A DNA stretch of 64,000 nucleotides from Mytilus trossulus (Eukaryota). The position numbers were made by a program, and so were the translations under genes. This document shows, piece by piece, positions 14,367 through 28,406 of the stretch (positions within the stretch are counted from its first letter, which is position 1; every line of letters begins with the position of its first letter). The DNA is taken from contig NC_086381.1 in assembly GCF_036588685.1 (NCBI RefSeq), forward strand, positions 58,466,001 to 58,530,000. The letters run 5' to 3'. The notes below the pieces were generated by a model that was not told the origin of the DNA, searched no databases, and saw only the letters and a program-made list of their open reading frames with translations.

Positions 14367-14598
14367 ATCAAAGCTCGAAGCGAATACACAAAATCACTGC
14401 AGTTCTCATTATGGCGGCGAGATCAAAGGAATGGTCAAAACTTTTGATTGCGTATTTGTTTTTTGATTGAAAGAATAAAGCGTTTGGGACAGTCAATAGT
14501 TTCGATGTTTAACGTTGAACGATCTATTCTTTAATATTACTAATTATCTAATTAACATTTAATAAACAAGGGGACGGAATACACAAGGTATCTTTGAT
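14367..14598. promoter_or_regulatory. Cluster of TCF/LEF sites incl. an HMG+Helper pair in LRP5/6 intron 1
   Basis: ATCAAAG 14367-14373; TGGCGGC 14412-14418 (reverse complement GCCGCCA) next to AGATCAAAGG 14420-14429; CTTTGAT 14592-14598. Confidence 0.5.
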
Positions 14599-14637
14599 GT
14601 TTTGTGTACACTACTCCATCTCAGGTGATGATCTTAC

Positions 14638-14692
14638 CTTTGACTATGGACAGACATCCGATTATTAAATATAATTTTGACACCATCCCCAT
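14638..14692 (-). CDS. LRP6: LRP5/6 (arrow) coding exon 1, signal peptide MGMVSKLYLIIGCLSIVK(G)
   Basis: ATG at 14692 and a hydrophobic signal-peptide-like stretch, ending at donor AAAG|GTAAGA in phase 1. Splicing to the exon at 7169 gives ...[14 protein letters not shown], paralleling the vertebrate LRP6 N-terminus (...APLLLYANRRD). Too short for the ORF track. Confidence 0.75.
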
Positions 14693-17316
14693 CCTTACGG
14701 ACAGATGAATGTCTGTAAAAACAAGAAAGTCCGGTCCCAGACATCAATAATGTCCATAAATTTAGGAACGGTAAACTTATTTAGGTCACATTTGTATTTT
14801 TTGAGATCATTGGCAGCCATTACAAAATTGACCGGAACTATAAAACATGTTGTGTATTACTCCGCTTGGCAGGTGCCCGTGATTCGCCTTTGTTGTAAAC
14901 CGTTAAGTAAACATTTATATTTCCAATCCATTAACGAAAACAAGCCAAATATTGCATTCATTGTTGTAAAATGAACATAGAAAAGATGTCAGACGAGAAT
15001 CCAAAAGATAAAGGAATAAAAAGGAAAGCTAGCGAGTTAGCACTATTTGCATGTCTAAGAAAAGGTTAATCATAACTGGCACCTGTCAAAAAATAAAGAA
15101 TGGGGGTTTGTTTGAAATCAGATTATAGAAAAATCGCAATTACTTAAAAAGATTTAGTCACATATTTATCATATGTGTTATTACATATTTTTTTACATGT
15201 GAAAACAGATTTATGACATTTATAGGATATTCGTTGCCACTTTCAATTAATAAAAGGATCATGGACAAAAATAGACTTATGTACAAAGCATTTAGCTAGG
15301 ATGACTATGAGAAAAAAAAAACCTTATAAAACAATGATTGAACAATCAACTAGGTAGAATTTTATCAGCTCGAAGATGGACAGTTATCTTCCGTACAAAC
15401 CCGGCAGGCCTCATGATTGATTCCTCCTTTCAAGCCCCTCCAGAACTTTGTAAAAAAGGGGGTGGGGGCACTGACTGACATAAAAGGGGGGCGCTCCAGT
15501 CATTCTTCAGTGATTCCGTATATGATTTTTACACAGGCGGGCCGGGGACCCCCAGGGCCACCCGCCCTCGAGCACCCGCCCCTGGATCCGACTATGCCGT
15601 GGCTCTCATTGGGGTCTAAGCGTGATGAAGGATTGCCTGAATTTTCGTAAGCGTGAAACGTGAAAGTCAAATTATTGTGTCGTGAAAACGGGAAATGAGG
15701 TCTTGCGGGACCCGGGAAATGACAAAAAAATGAGAATTGCTTACGCAGATAGTGTAAGCGGGATATGGGAATCTAACAAAACAGTAAGCGGGATCCGGGA
15801 TCGGAACCCCCCTATGCGACCCCCTATGCCCCCACCCTTATTTAACTCCCATTGTCATCCCCTAGTGACAACCCTGAACAATTAATAAACGTTTGATATT
15901 TTTCTAAAGTTGGTGCAACACGAAGGTATATAAAGAAAACCTTTTTTCCCGACTCATTGAAGTGGGTCAGTGGATGGGGATTCTTGTAATATAAAAAAAA
16001 TGTTTTTCTGTTACAAATCATGATGTATTGTTTTATTTGTACATGTTATGCTGCCCACCAAGGGCCCTTGATTGGACTAATAAATATTCTTATTCTTATT
16101 ATTCTATATCTGTATTCTCCTGTCAATAGTTTAAGCTGGGACTCAGTTATACGAATTAGTATATAATAGTTGGGACTATCATACTAATTAGTATAATAGT
16201 CCCAGGTCTTAGCTTTTTTTCCCTATTCTTTTTTTTGTTGTCCATTTTATCTATTCTCTCGTGTTTTGTGAATTTGTTCCATATTTCTCTTTGTATTTTC
16301 TTTTTCTTTTGTATATATTATTCTCTATTTTGTAGACCCCAATACACATCCTCATAGAAGGACTTAGACAATTCCGAAAGGGACAACATTAAAACTGTCA
16401 TGAAGTCGAAGAATGGATGATGAAAAGTGTATACAGTGTATTTTTGGTCAATTATTCATTATTTCATATACCCCCAATCCACACCGTCATAGAAGGATTT
16501 AGAAGAACCGAAAGCGGCAATATAAGTCGCAGAAAAGGGGTTAAGAAATGGATGATGTAAAAGTGTACATGCATTTTTTTTATTTTTGTAGATCAGAACC
16601 TCAAAAGAAAAATGCGTTAACAGTAAATTATAAGATGACCACATGCACTTTTATTTAACAGTCACAGTCAGATTCTCTTTGTAAGTAGCAGTCTTACACG
16701 AAAGACTTTTTGAAAGAAGTCACAGAGGCAATTATTCGGTTATTCAGAGGCTGACCCAGCGTGGTTGGGGAAGGGGTCGGGTCTTCCTGATGATTTCAAA
16801 TTTGTATTTTTAGTACATTTTGTGATTTGTAACTACAGGCTATTTTTATTTCCTGGAATCTGCCCTTTTTAAAGATAAAGATTTTTTTGCAGGGGCCTTT
16901 TGTGTGCATTATAAGATTTACTCATTGTTGAAGGTTGTACGATGACCCACAGATATTAAAACTTTTAAGTCATTTCGGGTCTCTGTTGACGCGATGTCTC
17001 ATATTGGCAATCATATGCTCTATCTATTTTTAATATCGACAACAAATATATGTATAGCGTTTGTTCAGACTTTGTAACTTATTGTTTCCCGTCTAACATA
17101 ATGTCTAATTTGGTACTATAAGATCATTGTGAGTTCATTTAATGGAAAATAAAGTAACCATATTTTTCACTGTCCAGTATCATAGACAAGCACGGAACAT
17201 CGAAAATCGGAATCAAATTCAACAATTGTGGAAGGCTATCATACAAAGGGACGTAATTCAAGTTAAAACGCAGGACTAACTAGTACTGTAAACTGAACGA
17301 ACGACACTAAAAGCGT

Positions 17317-17350
<34 letters not shown>

Positions 17351-19652
17351 TTAGGAATATGTTCTTGATTGATGGATTGTTGTTTTCATGTCGTCCGTGG
17401 CAAGTATCCAATGCATGTTTAGGACGATCGAATAAAAAAAATGATACCAAAATACCTTTTCCAGACAACTATTAATAGAATTAAAGGAGATAAGGGATTA
17501 AAAGTCAGCGGACAGCAATCTCAAGAAAAAATTAATCAAGCAAAATATGTGACAAAGAGACACAAACCCGACCATAGATCAGACAACAGCAGAAGGTCAT
17601 CAACAGGTCTTCAAATAGCGACAACTTCCTGCACCCGGAGACGTCCTTCAGCTGGCCCCTAAACAAATATAGATATAGAAAGATGTGGTGTGAGTGCCAA
17701 TGAGACAACTCTCCTTCCAAATAACAATTTATAAAAGTAAACCATTATAGGTCAATGTACGGCCTTCAACACAGAGCCTTGTCTCACACCGAACAACAAG
17801 CTATAAAATTAAATGGCCCTAGAATTACTAATGTACAACCATTCAAACGGGAAAACCAACGGTCTAATCTATATAAAAAAAAACGAGAAACGAGAAACAC
17901 GTATAAACTACATATACAAACGACAACTACTGTACACCAGATTCCTTACTTAGGACATGTGCAAACATTTGCAGTGGGATTAAACGTTTTAATGGTACCA
18001 AACCTTCTCCCTTTTCTGAAACAATAGCATAACATCACAACATAGAAAAACTGACACGATAAAATATCAATTGCCAGGCTTAACTCAATAAAAAAATATA
18101 CATGTATATACTAGTTCAGTGATGATGAACACCATATTAAACTCCAAATTGTACACAAGAAACTAAAATTAAAAATAATACAAGACGAAAATGGCCAGAG
18201 GCTTCTGACTTGGGACAGGCGCAAAAAAGGTGGCGGGGTTACACATGTTTTTGAGATCAAGCTGGAACTCCATCGCCTTGGGTCAATATTGAAAAAAAGA
18301 TCAATATACAATATACACCAAACTCGATTTTTTTTATGTATATATGCATGTGTAAAATAAGACAACATATATAAACACTTACAGGTTCCTGGTCCTGGAC
18401 AGGTGTATCAATATGAGGAAGGGTTAAACCAGATTTTGCTATTCTAACCCCCCCTTATTAATATCGATAAGTTGACCAAAATAACAACACATAAAAGAAA
18501 CAAACTTAAGCTTCCTCCGAATCCCAATAGGAGGTTAAAAAATATATAGATTAATGTACGTATACTTAAGCAGGGGCGAAATTCGATAACCATTGCGATT
18601 TCGGAATGTTAGCATAATAACCCTCTCAACAACAATTTTTCGTCAGAATTTTCCGTAGGGGTCCTGCTGCTTGACAAAATAATACACATTACCAAACATG
18701 TCCTGATTTTCTATGGTGACAAATAAATAAAATTGTTTTTTATGACCAATTTGAGAACCTTACTTAACAACCAACTTAACATAATCTTCCTATTGTATAT
18801 GTAACGTTTAATTTGTTCTCTTCCAGAAAATCCATGAAATACTTGCCAATGTACATTCAGTAAACATCAATAATAACCAATAAATCAATGACCTTACAGT
18901 CCCCGTGATATGTTAAGCCATGGAAAAACACTACCAGGAGGAGTTTCTCTAGAATTGAATTAAGAATGAATATGGGGAATATGTCAACGAGACAACAACC
19001 CGATCAAAAAGGAGAAAACAGACAGGCAAGTCCACCAATGGGTCTTCAACGCAGCGAGAAAATCCAGCTTACAGAGGCGGGCTTAAGCTGTCCCCTTGCC
19101 AAGATTGTGAACTAGTTCAATGAAAATGGACGTCACACTTAACTCCGAAACATGTATAAATGAACTAAAATTTAGAAAAAAAACCAAGCAAGACTAATAA
19201 AGGCCATATGTTTTTGACCTTGGACGGACTCACAAATACGGACAGCAGTGGTCCTTTTAAACCTCCATTTATGCTAGTATTGTTGTCAAAAGTTATGCCC
19301 CTCAGTTAATTGTTTAAATTTTTGTTTTTGTTTATACGGGTGATAACTAAAGTACCTTCTTCATAAATATTCCCATGATGCCAAGGACTAGCATCTACAG
19401 TCGAAAAAAATAAATCGACTTAATCTAGAGTTATGCCCCTTAGCTTCCTCAAAAATCGTTTTTTGTTTTGTTTTATGTTTTAATATAAATTCAACGTCGT
19501 TGACCATTTGGCATTACATACAGGTCAAGTACGAATATGACAATAGACATTTACCGTTCAAGAATCAGAAATGCTGCGGGATGATGTACGAGATCACTGA
19601 AAAGGGAGAAAGAGGGTTCGCACGCTCTTGGGGCGTGGGATATAGGGATTTA

Positions 19653-19835
19653 AAATGAAGACGTAGGATATAGAGAATACAAAAAGTGGATATGTGGGAA
19701 AGAGGGTTAAGAAATGAAGACGTAGGATATAGAGAATACAAAAAGTGGATATGTGGGAAAGAGGGTTAAGAAATGAAGACGTAGGATATAGAGAATATAA
19801 AAAGTGTATATGTGGGAAAGAGGGTTAAGAAATGG
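19653..19835. repeat. 59-bp purine-rich tandem repeat x3
   Basis: AAATGAAGACGTAGGATATAGAGAATACAAAAAGTGGATATGTGGGAAAGAGGGTTAAG; ACGTAGGATA recurs at 19661, 19720 and 19779. Confidence 0.9.
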
Positions 19836-21930
19836 GTATAGGATCTATGAAAAAGTGGCTAAAAATTACAAAATAGAGATCATCTAATTGTTTTTTTTAT
19901 ATTGTTTTGCCCTCAAACACCTAATTGCCTAATTTGTCATATGATACCGTTTCCTATTTAATACGATACATGTCAAGCTGTTTGATGATCTATTTTTAAT
20001 TCGTTTGAGTGCATGCAGTCAACGACTCAAGTGACTAAAGATTTGTATTTGAAATACGGACAGGAGTCGGGTACATTGACCATTGAGGTCAAACAGAAAG
20101 TTTAACCGGTAAGATTCTGTTTGTTTGTTATTTGTGTTCTGCACACATTACTTTTCTTATGTTTGAAAATTTCTTTTTTATTTTTATTATAAAAATGAGA
20201 AGATATGTTATGAATACCAACGAGACAACTATCCTCCAGAGTTAAAATTAAGTTGAAGTAAGCCATATCAGGCCACCGTACGTGTACGCTATCAGCAATT
20301 CAGCAATGAGAATATAAAACCTATGCAGCATATAGTCGGCTATTAAAGGTAATTGTGAAACAATTCAAAAGGGTCAATAAACCATGCAATAGCCTGATTT
20401 ATCAAAACCAATTTACGAACAAAATATGACAGACATGAACCAGCGACAATCACTGACCTACAGGTTCCTGACCTGGGACAGACACTGACACACAGAATGT
20501 GACTGGGTGTAACAGGTTTGAGCGCTAAGCCCGCAAGTGATGTGACAGCTCAACATAAGAAGAAACTGAAAAAAAAATCTGTTGCATTTGGCCTTACGCA
20601 AAAGATTAATGAGAGTCACAAAAAAGAAAACAAATCCAAGACACAAAACACCAAAACACCAAAATAAAAGAACTCGAAATTACTAAAAGCTAGTTCCTAG
20701 ACAATAACCAATAATATAGTTGAAATTGTCAAGTGTTTTGAGGGTAGGGAGGTCTACAGCCTATTTTGGGGGGTTGTGCGGGGATGAAAGAAATTCTTTA
20801 TGACGCATATGTATGACCAATTAGATAATGCGCCATATTTACTTTATCTGTGAACCCTATATGTACACATGAAATTTTCTGATTTATCAACCACCGGATA
20901 ATTATTCATATCAAAAATTATTTGATTAGATATTAATGACGACATAACTAGAGGTGTTGACCTGATCAATTGGTTATATAGGGAATTTTACGGACATTTG
21001 GTCTTTTAAGTATAAGAATTAGGTAAGTATTGGATACAACTGAAAGTACGGAGAAAAAAATGATCAAAAACGAAATTTTACATGTATTTTATCGTGACTG
21101 TTTAAGGATTTATGAACTTGTATCTTTCGTGAAAAAGTGAAAGGGGCGTACGCGTATTATGTACAGGAATAAGGACATTGGACTTGTGTATTGTCTGATG
21201 ATTATATCAGTAAAAAATCATATTTGGTAGAATTATAGCTTAGAAAGTTGTAAAGGAAACGAGTAAGTATTTCCAGTTTAAAATGGGAAAAGTAAATTAA
21301 TTAAAGTTTTTATCTAATTCACAAATATGTTTGTAGAACTCATAAGGTTTGTCTTTTTTCATCGGTTACTGTTGCAAAACGCAAATAATAAACGTGTTTG
21401 CTACATGTTTTTTTTCAATTCATAAATGGTCGTTTATTATGGAATATCAAACATATTCGATATAACCGTGACTGATGAGCAAGAAAAAATCCGGAACTAA
21501 CAAATGTTTGTGTTGTGTATCTTTCTTATATAATATTGTTTCAAGATTTCATATCCCGTTAGGTTTTGCAATGCCAATATGAGAACTATCATTTTCATTA
21601 AAAAATCAAAAATCAAACAAAAACAAGCAACTCCCTCAGCACCAAATTCCCAGAATTAGAAGAAACAAAATTCTACTAAAATATGCTATTTATGAATAGG
21701 ATCGGAAACGAAAACAAAGAGATGTAACAATGCTTGAGTACCGAAGCGACCGACTGGTAATTTAAAGACATTATCAAGAAAAACAGCAATTCGAAGTTGT
21801 TGAAAGCTTAAACTGTAACTAATCGGCATACATTCATGTTTTTATGATTTTCTTCAGTCCATTAGTTATGTAATCATACAAAACTCATTCCAATCTCTTT
21901 TTTTTTAAATACTGAAATTTTACTTTCAGA

Positions 21931-24900
21931 ATGGGTTGTTGTGATGGATTTGCTCGTTGTGTCCTTGTGACATTCAACATACTTTTTGTGGTAAGTACTT
22001 ATTATCAACTTTGAAGAATTGATGGTATAACGCTCGTTTGTGAACAAGATGAAAATGGGACTTTACGTACATAACTTCTAAAGAGAGAATGTTTGTACTT
22101 TGGATTCATATGTATTCGTTGGAAACCAATTTTCGTGGATTTTGAGGGTACTCGCGGAACAACAAAGTAAAATGTTGAACGAAATCGAATATCCTCGAAA
22201 ACGCAAGAAAATTGTAATACTCGAAAATAAATGATTCAACAGTATAGTTTTACCTACAAAGAATTCAGGTGACATACAAAATGATAAGAGAAGACATCAC
22301 AAACACGAAATTTTCTGTTTGCTTAATGATCATTATATTCTAGATCTAACTACAAGTCAGCAAGTAAAATTTTATAGACTCCTTTATTAAACAGTATATA
22401 GAACTGAGGATAGTGAACAATTAGCTATGGGTCGTTTGTATTGTTGTGCTGTGGACAATTAGTTATGGGTCTGTTGTGTCGTGTCGTGTCGTGTCTTGTT
22501 GTGTTGTGTAGTGTTGTGTTGTGTAGTGTTGTGTTGTGTTGTGTTGTTTTGTGTTGTGTCGTGTTGTGTTGTGTTTTGTGCATGTTTAATGTTTTATTTT
22601 TATTTGTGTAAACATAACGAAGGTGCGGTTGATTGTATTGTTGTTTGTATGTCATAATGCCTTTGTCTCCTTATGGATGTAATATACACTTTTAAAATAG
22701 AATAACATCATTAGCGAGCTACCATTTGATTTTTAGGGGGGGGGGGGGGGGGGGGGGGCTAGGATGAAATTTGAAAAAATAGGCAGGACAGGAGTTTTGA
22801 GTAAAAAAAAAAGGCAGGATGAGACACTTACAAAAAAAAAGTCAGGACGACAATTTAGGTCAAAAAATGTCAGGATAAACTAAAAAAAAAGAAGGTAGGA
22901 CCGAACAGAGTGAAAAATAAAAAGACAGGACAGAGATTACAGCTAAAAAAAAAATGCAGGACAAAATTTTTCATCCTAGCCCCTCCCCCTTCCCCTAAAA
23001 ATGAAATGGTAGCTCCCTTAACCGTAGGGAAAAAAATCACGATGTATTTTATAAATTCCTTTATGTTTCAGCTCACAGGTGTCTTTGTACTGGGTGTAGG
23101 AATATTTCTAAAAGTAAATCCTAATTTACTAAACATACAACATGTCATAGAACTGAACTCGGGAGACAAGTACATATCTACTGCTGCTTACATATTAATA
23201 GGCTTCGGTATATTCGTTTTGCTTGTCGGTCTGTTTGGTTTTATTGGTGGATGCAAGCAGATCAAATTCTTCTTGGCACTGGTAAGTTAACTAACAATGT
23301 GAAATGATAATACACAATGATCAATCTAGACAAAAAGTTTGTTGGTAATGCATCCTGGAAATTTAACTCCGACTTCGCCTCGGGTCAATATTCAACATAA
23401 CTAACGATTTCAGCACGACCTATATGGTCATGGTTTAAATACTTTATTATTCCCAAAACTTTGTGAACATATTTAGCCTTGTTAAAAAAAACCAAGGAAG
23501 ATCAAAGTTTTATGTACTAAATAAATAAATTAATAAACATTGTAGGTGATATTAATTTGGTCTCTGGTGAAGAGTTGTCTCATTGAGAATTTACTTGTAA
23601 AGCAGTTAAGAATTATTAAGGACTCACAATAAATGAAAGACTACAATTTCATTCATTTCATTTTCAGTACATGGGATGTGTTGTGCTTGTGTTCCTTGGT
23701 GAATTTTCAGCAGGAATCATTGCTGCGGTTTACAAAGGCAAAGTAAGTTTTTTACAAGTTTGATTGATTGATAGATAGACAAATGAAAAAAATAAATATC
23801 AAAAGTTGTGCATTCGATATTCGTAAAGTAGTATAGGCAAATATATATTTATTTGACTAGCCTAAGAAACAGAAAGAAGAGTTAGGTTCGCCGAGCTGTT
23901 CTCTTGTTTTGTAGCGAGTATATATACACTTTATTATTCCCTACACAATAAGAATATATTTTAGCTTGCACTTTAACAATGAACTTAAAGATGTAGTTTT
24001 TTGTTCGTCCAATTTGTCCAATTTGTTGGTTTTTTCTTCATTAAATTAAATTACTAAAACGCAGACCACGACAGAGACCCCGCAACATTGCATTGAACTG
24101 TTATGTAAATAGTAGTTCGCTCGCAAAAGGAGAAAGATGTCAGTAGACTATGAAAAACAATAAAAGAATGGAAAAATGAATAATTAAAGAGGGACGGAAG
24201 ATACCAAAGGGATAGTCAAACTCATAAATCTAAAACAAACTGACAACGCCATGGCTAAAAATGAAAAAGACAAACAGAAAAACAATAGTACACATGAAAT
24301 ATGTCCCTTAATTATCTTTTTTGGGAATATTCATTATGTAATATTCATCATTCTTGCAAACAGTTATAAATATAAATATCATATAAAAAATGGAGAAAAA
24401 AAACAATAAAACAAAACAACAACGGTTTAGTCGAAATTAGATCTGTAATACTAGTTAACTGCTGTTAAATTCTCCCTCATAAATTCGTCCGAATCTAAAA
24501 CATTTCTAATCTATCTACATGGCGAAATAAGAGGCAAGACACGTAAAAAATGTAGGTTTGGTTTGCTCGCAGTAACTTCGAGACTTTTATATAGATACTA
24601 TCCAACCAGTTCTTCAACTTGTTCTACAAACCACGGTTACTATAAAGATAGAAATAGATAAGGGAAAAACCCAAATATAACGGAATAGAAATAAATAAAC
24701 ATTCCAGAAAGAATTTGAGGTAAAAATAACAAACTCTTCCCATTAATGACTGCATCAACAAATGGCAATTGCATATAGTATTATAACGTTTCAAACGTTG
24801 ACTACACTATTTTGTTTGTTTTAGGTAGACGACACGCTACAAACTGTATTAAGAGAATCTCTTTCGGAGTATGATTCGAAAAATAAGACAAGTGAACTGG

Positions 24901-27900
24901 TCAATAAAGGATGGGACGGGATCCAGAGCTGGGTAATTACAAAGACCAATGAATATAGACCTAAAAAAATAATTGTGTACTTTTGCTTCTTTAAATTTCG
25001 CTAAAACTGATATCATGTAGAATCATCAATATAGTTCTTTATTTCGGATTTAGAAACAAAAGTTATGCAGTACCGACCGTGCAAGAACTTCTTGAGGAGT
25101 CAAGATCGTCATAAAAACTCTTCGTAAATTAAGATATCCAGAAATTTTATCTGGAAATATGATTGATTGCTTTTTTTTATTATGTTTAACGCTACTTCGT
25201 GGCTGCCATTTTTTATTTTTTATAAAGAAGCAAGCCGAAGTTCCCGGAGAGTACCCCCGTCCTTCGGCAGGAACAATGGCAATCCTAGTCAGTTAATGAT
25301 TTACGCACTAATAATTTGAATAATATATTCACAAGGATACACTACGTTTTAAATTACCACTGAAAGTTACAAGATGTAAGAAAATGTACTGTAAAAATGG
25401 GGAATATGTCAAAGTGAACAACCCGACCAAAGTGCAGATAACAGCCGAAGTCCACCAATGCGTCTTCAACGAGGCGAGAAAAGTCCGTAACTCGGAGGAG
25501 GTCTTTAGCTGGCCCCTAAATAAAATTAGGTAATACTTCAGTAAAAATGGACGCCACACTTAACTCCAATTTTTTTTGCAAGACTTACAAAAGCCAGAGG
25601 ATCCTGACTTAAGTTGGAACAGGCGCAAAAAAGCGTTACTTTTTTATGTTAAAAAAACTTAAATTGTAATAGAGTCATGTGATGATTCCGTTTGAACTAC
25701 AGACAAGAAGCTGCCATATCTATCACGACGCCCCATTTTTCTTTTTCAGTTAAAATGTTGTGGCGAACGCAACTTTACAGATTACACTGTTATGAAAATA
25801 CCGCTTGCTGATGACGTAAGTTAACATAATACATCCCGTGAAATTTATTTCCGATGACTTCATTGATACGTCTATATATATATAGAACAGGATTTCCCTA
25901 TTTCGTTAGATATGGATCCGGATTTTTCATTTCTTTTAATGTAAAAAGAGTATCCTTCAAACAAAGATCTGATTGGTTGATATAGTCGTGAAGATACACA
26001 ATAGGTGAAACAAGAAGAGAGGCTAAAGATACCATAGGGATATTCAAATTCAGAAGTCGTCGAAAACTAACTGACAATGCCATGGCTTAAAAACGGAAAA
26101 CGACAAAAAGACGCATGCACAAAACACAAAATAAACTGAGCAAAAACACGAACCCAATCAAAACTGTGGATGATGTTTGGTCCTCCACAAGGGTAAGATA
26201 AGTGGTTGTAATCACCCTTTTGAGCAAACTGGAAACAAAAATATGTTAGATTGACTGTTGCAGAATGTCAAAGCGGCCGCAAATTTTACGTACATATTCA
26301 AGACTAACAAATTAAAATTAAATTCAATTAGTAGGTTCTGTAAAGTATGTCGACTGAGATAATAGGAGGAAACTTCGACTAGTGCTGGAAAATGAAGTAT
26401 ATATTGACATCAGGACCCCTGAATGAGTTGTTGCTGAGGTCCCTTAATCGTCTCCATTCATCCAAAATGAGTTAGCAATACTGAACTATAGCGACCATAC
26501 ATACAATCGCAATGAATGTACAATTGTGAAATCAATCTCCCTTACAGACAGAGTTATCGTCCTTTCCTCTTCATCGAGGGAGGGACAATTTAATTCTGTC
26601 TGTATGGGAGATTGATTGTAAATACTAGTAGATTCAATAGATACTTCCGTTATATCTGAAATAACCATTGGATTGAATAGCATTTATAAGATTAAAAGCT
26701 ATAACAATTCTTACTGGATAGATGTAAAACTTTTTTAGAAACTTGTTCCGGATTCATGTTGTGGGTCAAATAAACAGGAATGCCAAAAAGAAGCAAAGGC
26801 AAAAGTAAAACCATTTAAAAACTTGTATGACCAGGTAAGTCCGAAACTAACAGTTAGTCTATTTACGATTAGTACAGGCAATGTTTATGCTGAAAGTTGA
26901 AACTCCATTACTTAAAGACGACCGTTAAAGGTGTGACTTAAGTTTGAAAACAATGATTCAATTTATCTTACTTTGTGGTTATAGTTTGAATGCCATATGG
27001 TTTTGCAGTGGCGGATCCAGAACTTTTCCTAAGGGGGGCCGCTGACTGACCTAAGAGGGGGCCCGTTCAAGTCATGCTTCAATGATTCCCTATATAATCA
27101 ACCAAATTTTTCCCACGAAAAGGGGGTGGCCGGCCCCCCCCCCCCCCCCCCCCAGACCCCCCTGTGGATCCGCCTATGGAATGATATACCGTTATTGCTT
27201 GACTATAAACTTAAGATTGGGTATCATTGGGAATAAGATTCAAGTTTTAAAGTGTTTGAACTGTAGATTGAAAATCGTAGCCTTGGAATTTAGGCTTGCT
27301 GTTTGACTTTAGTTCGGATACCATAAGTATGAAATTTAGAATTTTATGTTTTCGGCTTTGTGACTTTAATCATAACAATCTGGCAAGTATGTAGTTTATG
27401 TCTTAATGTTATTTATATTATGTGACTGTAGTTGAATGCCACAAATATGAAATTTAGGATAAAAAAGCTTTTTTTACTCAAGTTTGGTTGTGTGCATTTA
27501 TCTATCTTTTTTTCTTTGTACCACGTTGTTGAGGTCGTCATGCAAGTGAGATTAATTTTGTACGCTATAAATGATTCATATACAATTATACAACATACTT
27601 AGTCACCACTGTGATAGGTTTTTGACATCGATTATAGATTCCCTTTAAAAATTGCCTCTATATGTTTTACGGATATTTTTTTTCAGGGTTGTTATGATCA
27701 AATGGAAAACCAAATAAAGTCTCACATTACCCTTCTGATAGGTGCAGGAGTTGGTGTAGCCATGTTTCAGGTGAGAACAGATAAAATCACAATTACAGTT
27801 TTTTAGTTTCGTATTTTTTTCTTATAACGTATCTGTGTTTAACTAGAGTCAATTTCTGTGTCTTTATAAAAAACATAATTATAGTTTATTTTCCTTGTTA

Positions 27901-28406
27901 CAGCTTTGTGAATAGATAAGTAATTAATGGAAAGTTGATGACGCAAAAGGAAATAGTCCCTAATGTAAACAGATTGATCCAAAGTATTGAAGTTTTGGAA
28001 AGGATTTTTTTTGTTTTAGTTTTTAGAATTTGGAAACGAGAGTAAGAAAGTATTTGCAATTAGAGTTATCTCTCTTTGATCGAAAAGCTGATAAATATTT
28101 TATTTACCTCTGCATTTATTTCAGTTGCTTGGTATATTTTTGGCCTGTGCAGCATGGAAGCGGAGTGGAGATGATGATATTATTTAAATTTACCTACTTT
28201 TCTATTATTATGGTTTTGGTGAGATGTTTTGTGTATTGTACTGAAATGATAAAACACTAAAGTATACTAACGAATTGTATAGAAATAACGTAAATAATTG
28301 TTTATCATTTTTAATTCATTGCTATTATTTTGAATTTCAGTTACTTGGTATATTTTTGGCATGTGCCGCTTGGAAAAAAAGTGACGATGATGACCTAAGA
28401 GTTTAA
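21931..28406 (+). CDS. Tetraspanin, about 253-254 aa, 8 coding exons with alternative last exon
   Basis: Exons 21931-21990, 23072-23281, 23668-23742, 24825-24932, 25750-25815, 26739-26834, 27687-27770, then 28125-28187 or 28341-28406. All introns are GT-AG and phase 0. Four TM segments; the large extracellular loop has the CCG motif (LKCCG), PDSCC, a lone C and the GC before TM4 (6-Cys type). N-terminus is MGCC. A likely non-coding first exon ends near 20108 (CCG|GTAAG). Confidence 0.92.
22472..22578. repeat. (GTGTT/GTGTC)n pentanucleotide microsatellite in a tetraspanin intron
   Basis: Directly visible. Confidence 0.9.
22714..23017. mobile_element. PIF/Harbinger-type MITE with TTA TSD in a tetraspanin intron
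   Basis: GCGAGCTACCATTTGATTTTTAGGGG...CTAGGATGAAA versus TTTCATCCTAGCCCC...CTAAAAATGAAATGGTAGCTCCC; TTA on both sides; internal CAGGA repeats. Confidence 0.82.
28125..28187 (+). CDS. Tetraspanin last exon, variant A (LLGIFLACAAWKRSGDDDII*)
   Basis: Acceptor TTTATTTCAG, in frame with exon 7; completes TM4 and the cytoplasmic tail; TAA stop. Confidence 0.82.
   Translation: MLGIFLACAAWKRSGDDDII
28341..28406 (+). CDS. Tetraspanin last exon, variant B (LLGIFLACAAWKKSDDDDLRV*)
   Basis: Acceptor GAATTTCAG, in frame with exon 7; paralogue of variant A; TAA stop; candidate polyA signal ATTAAA near 28590. Confidence 0.82.
   Translation, partial: LLGIFLACAAWKKSDDDDLRV

Noticed and set aside
22425-22655. 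Thr/His/Asn-rich ORF
   Set aside because: Translation of a pentanucleotide microsatellite.
22910-23290. 126-aa standalone ORF
   Set aside because: Only 23072-23281 is a tetraspanin exon; the N-terminal part is MITE and intron read-through.
28030-28260. 76-aa ORF over the tetraspanin 3' end
   Set aside because: Different frame from the conserved last exon A; no recognisable features.
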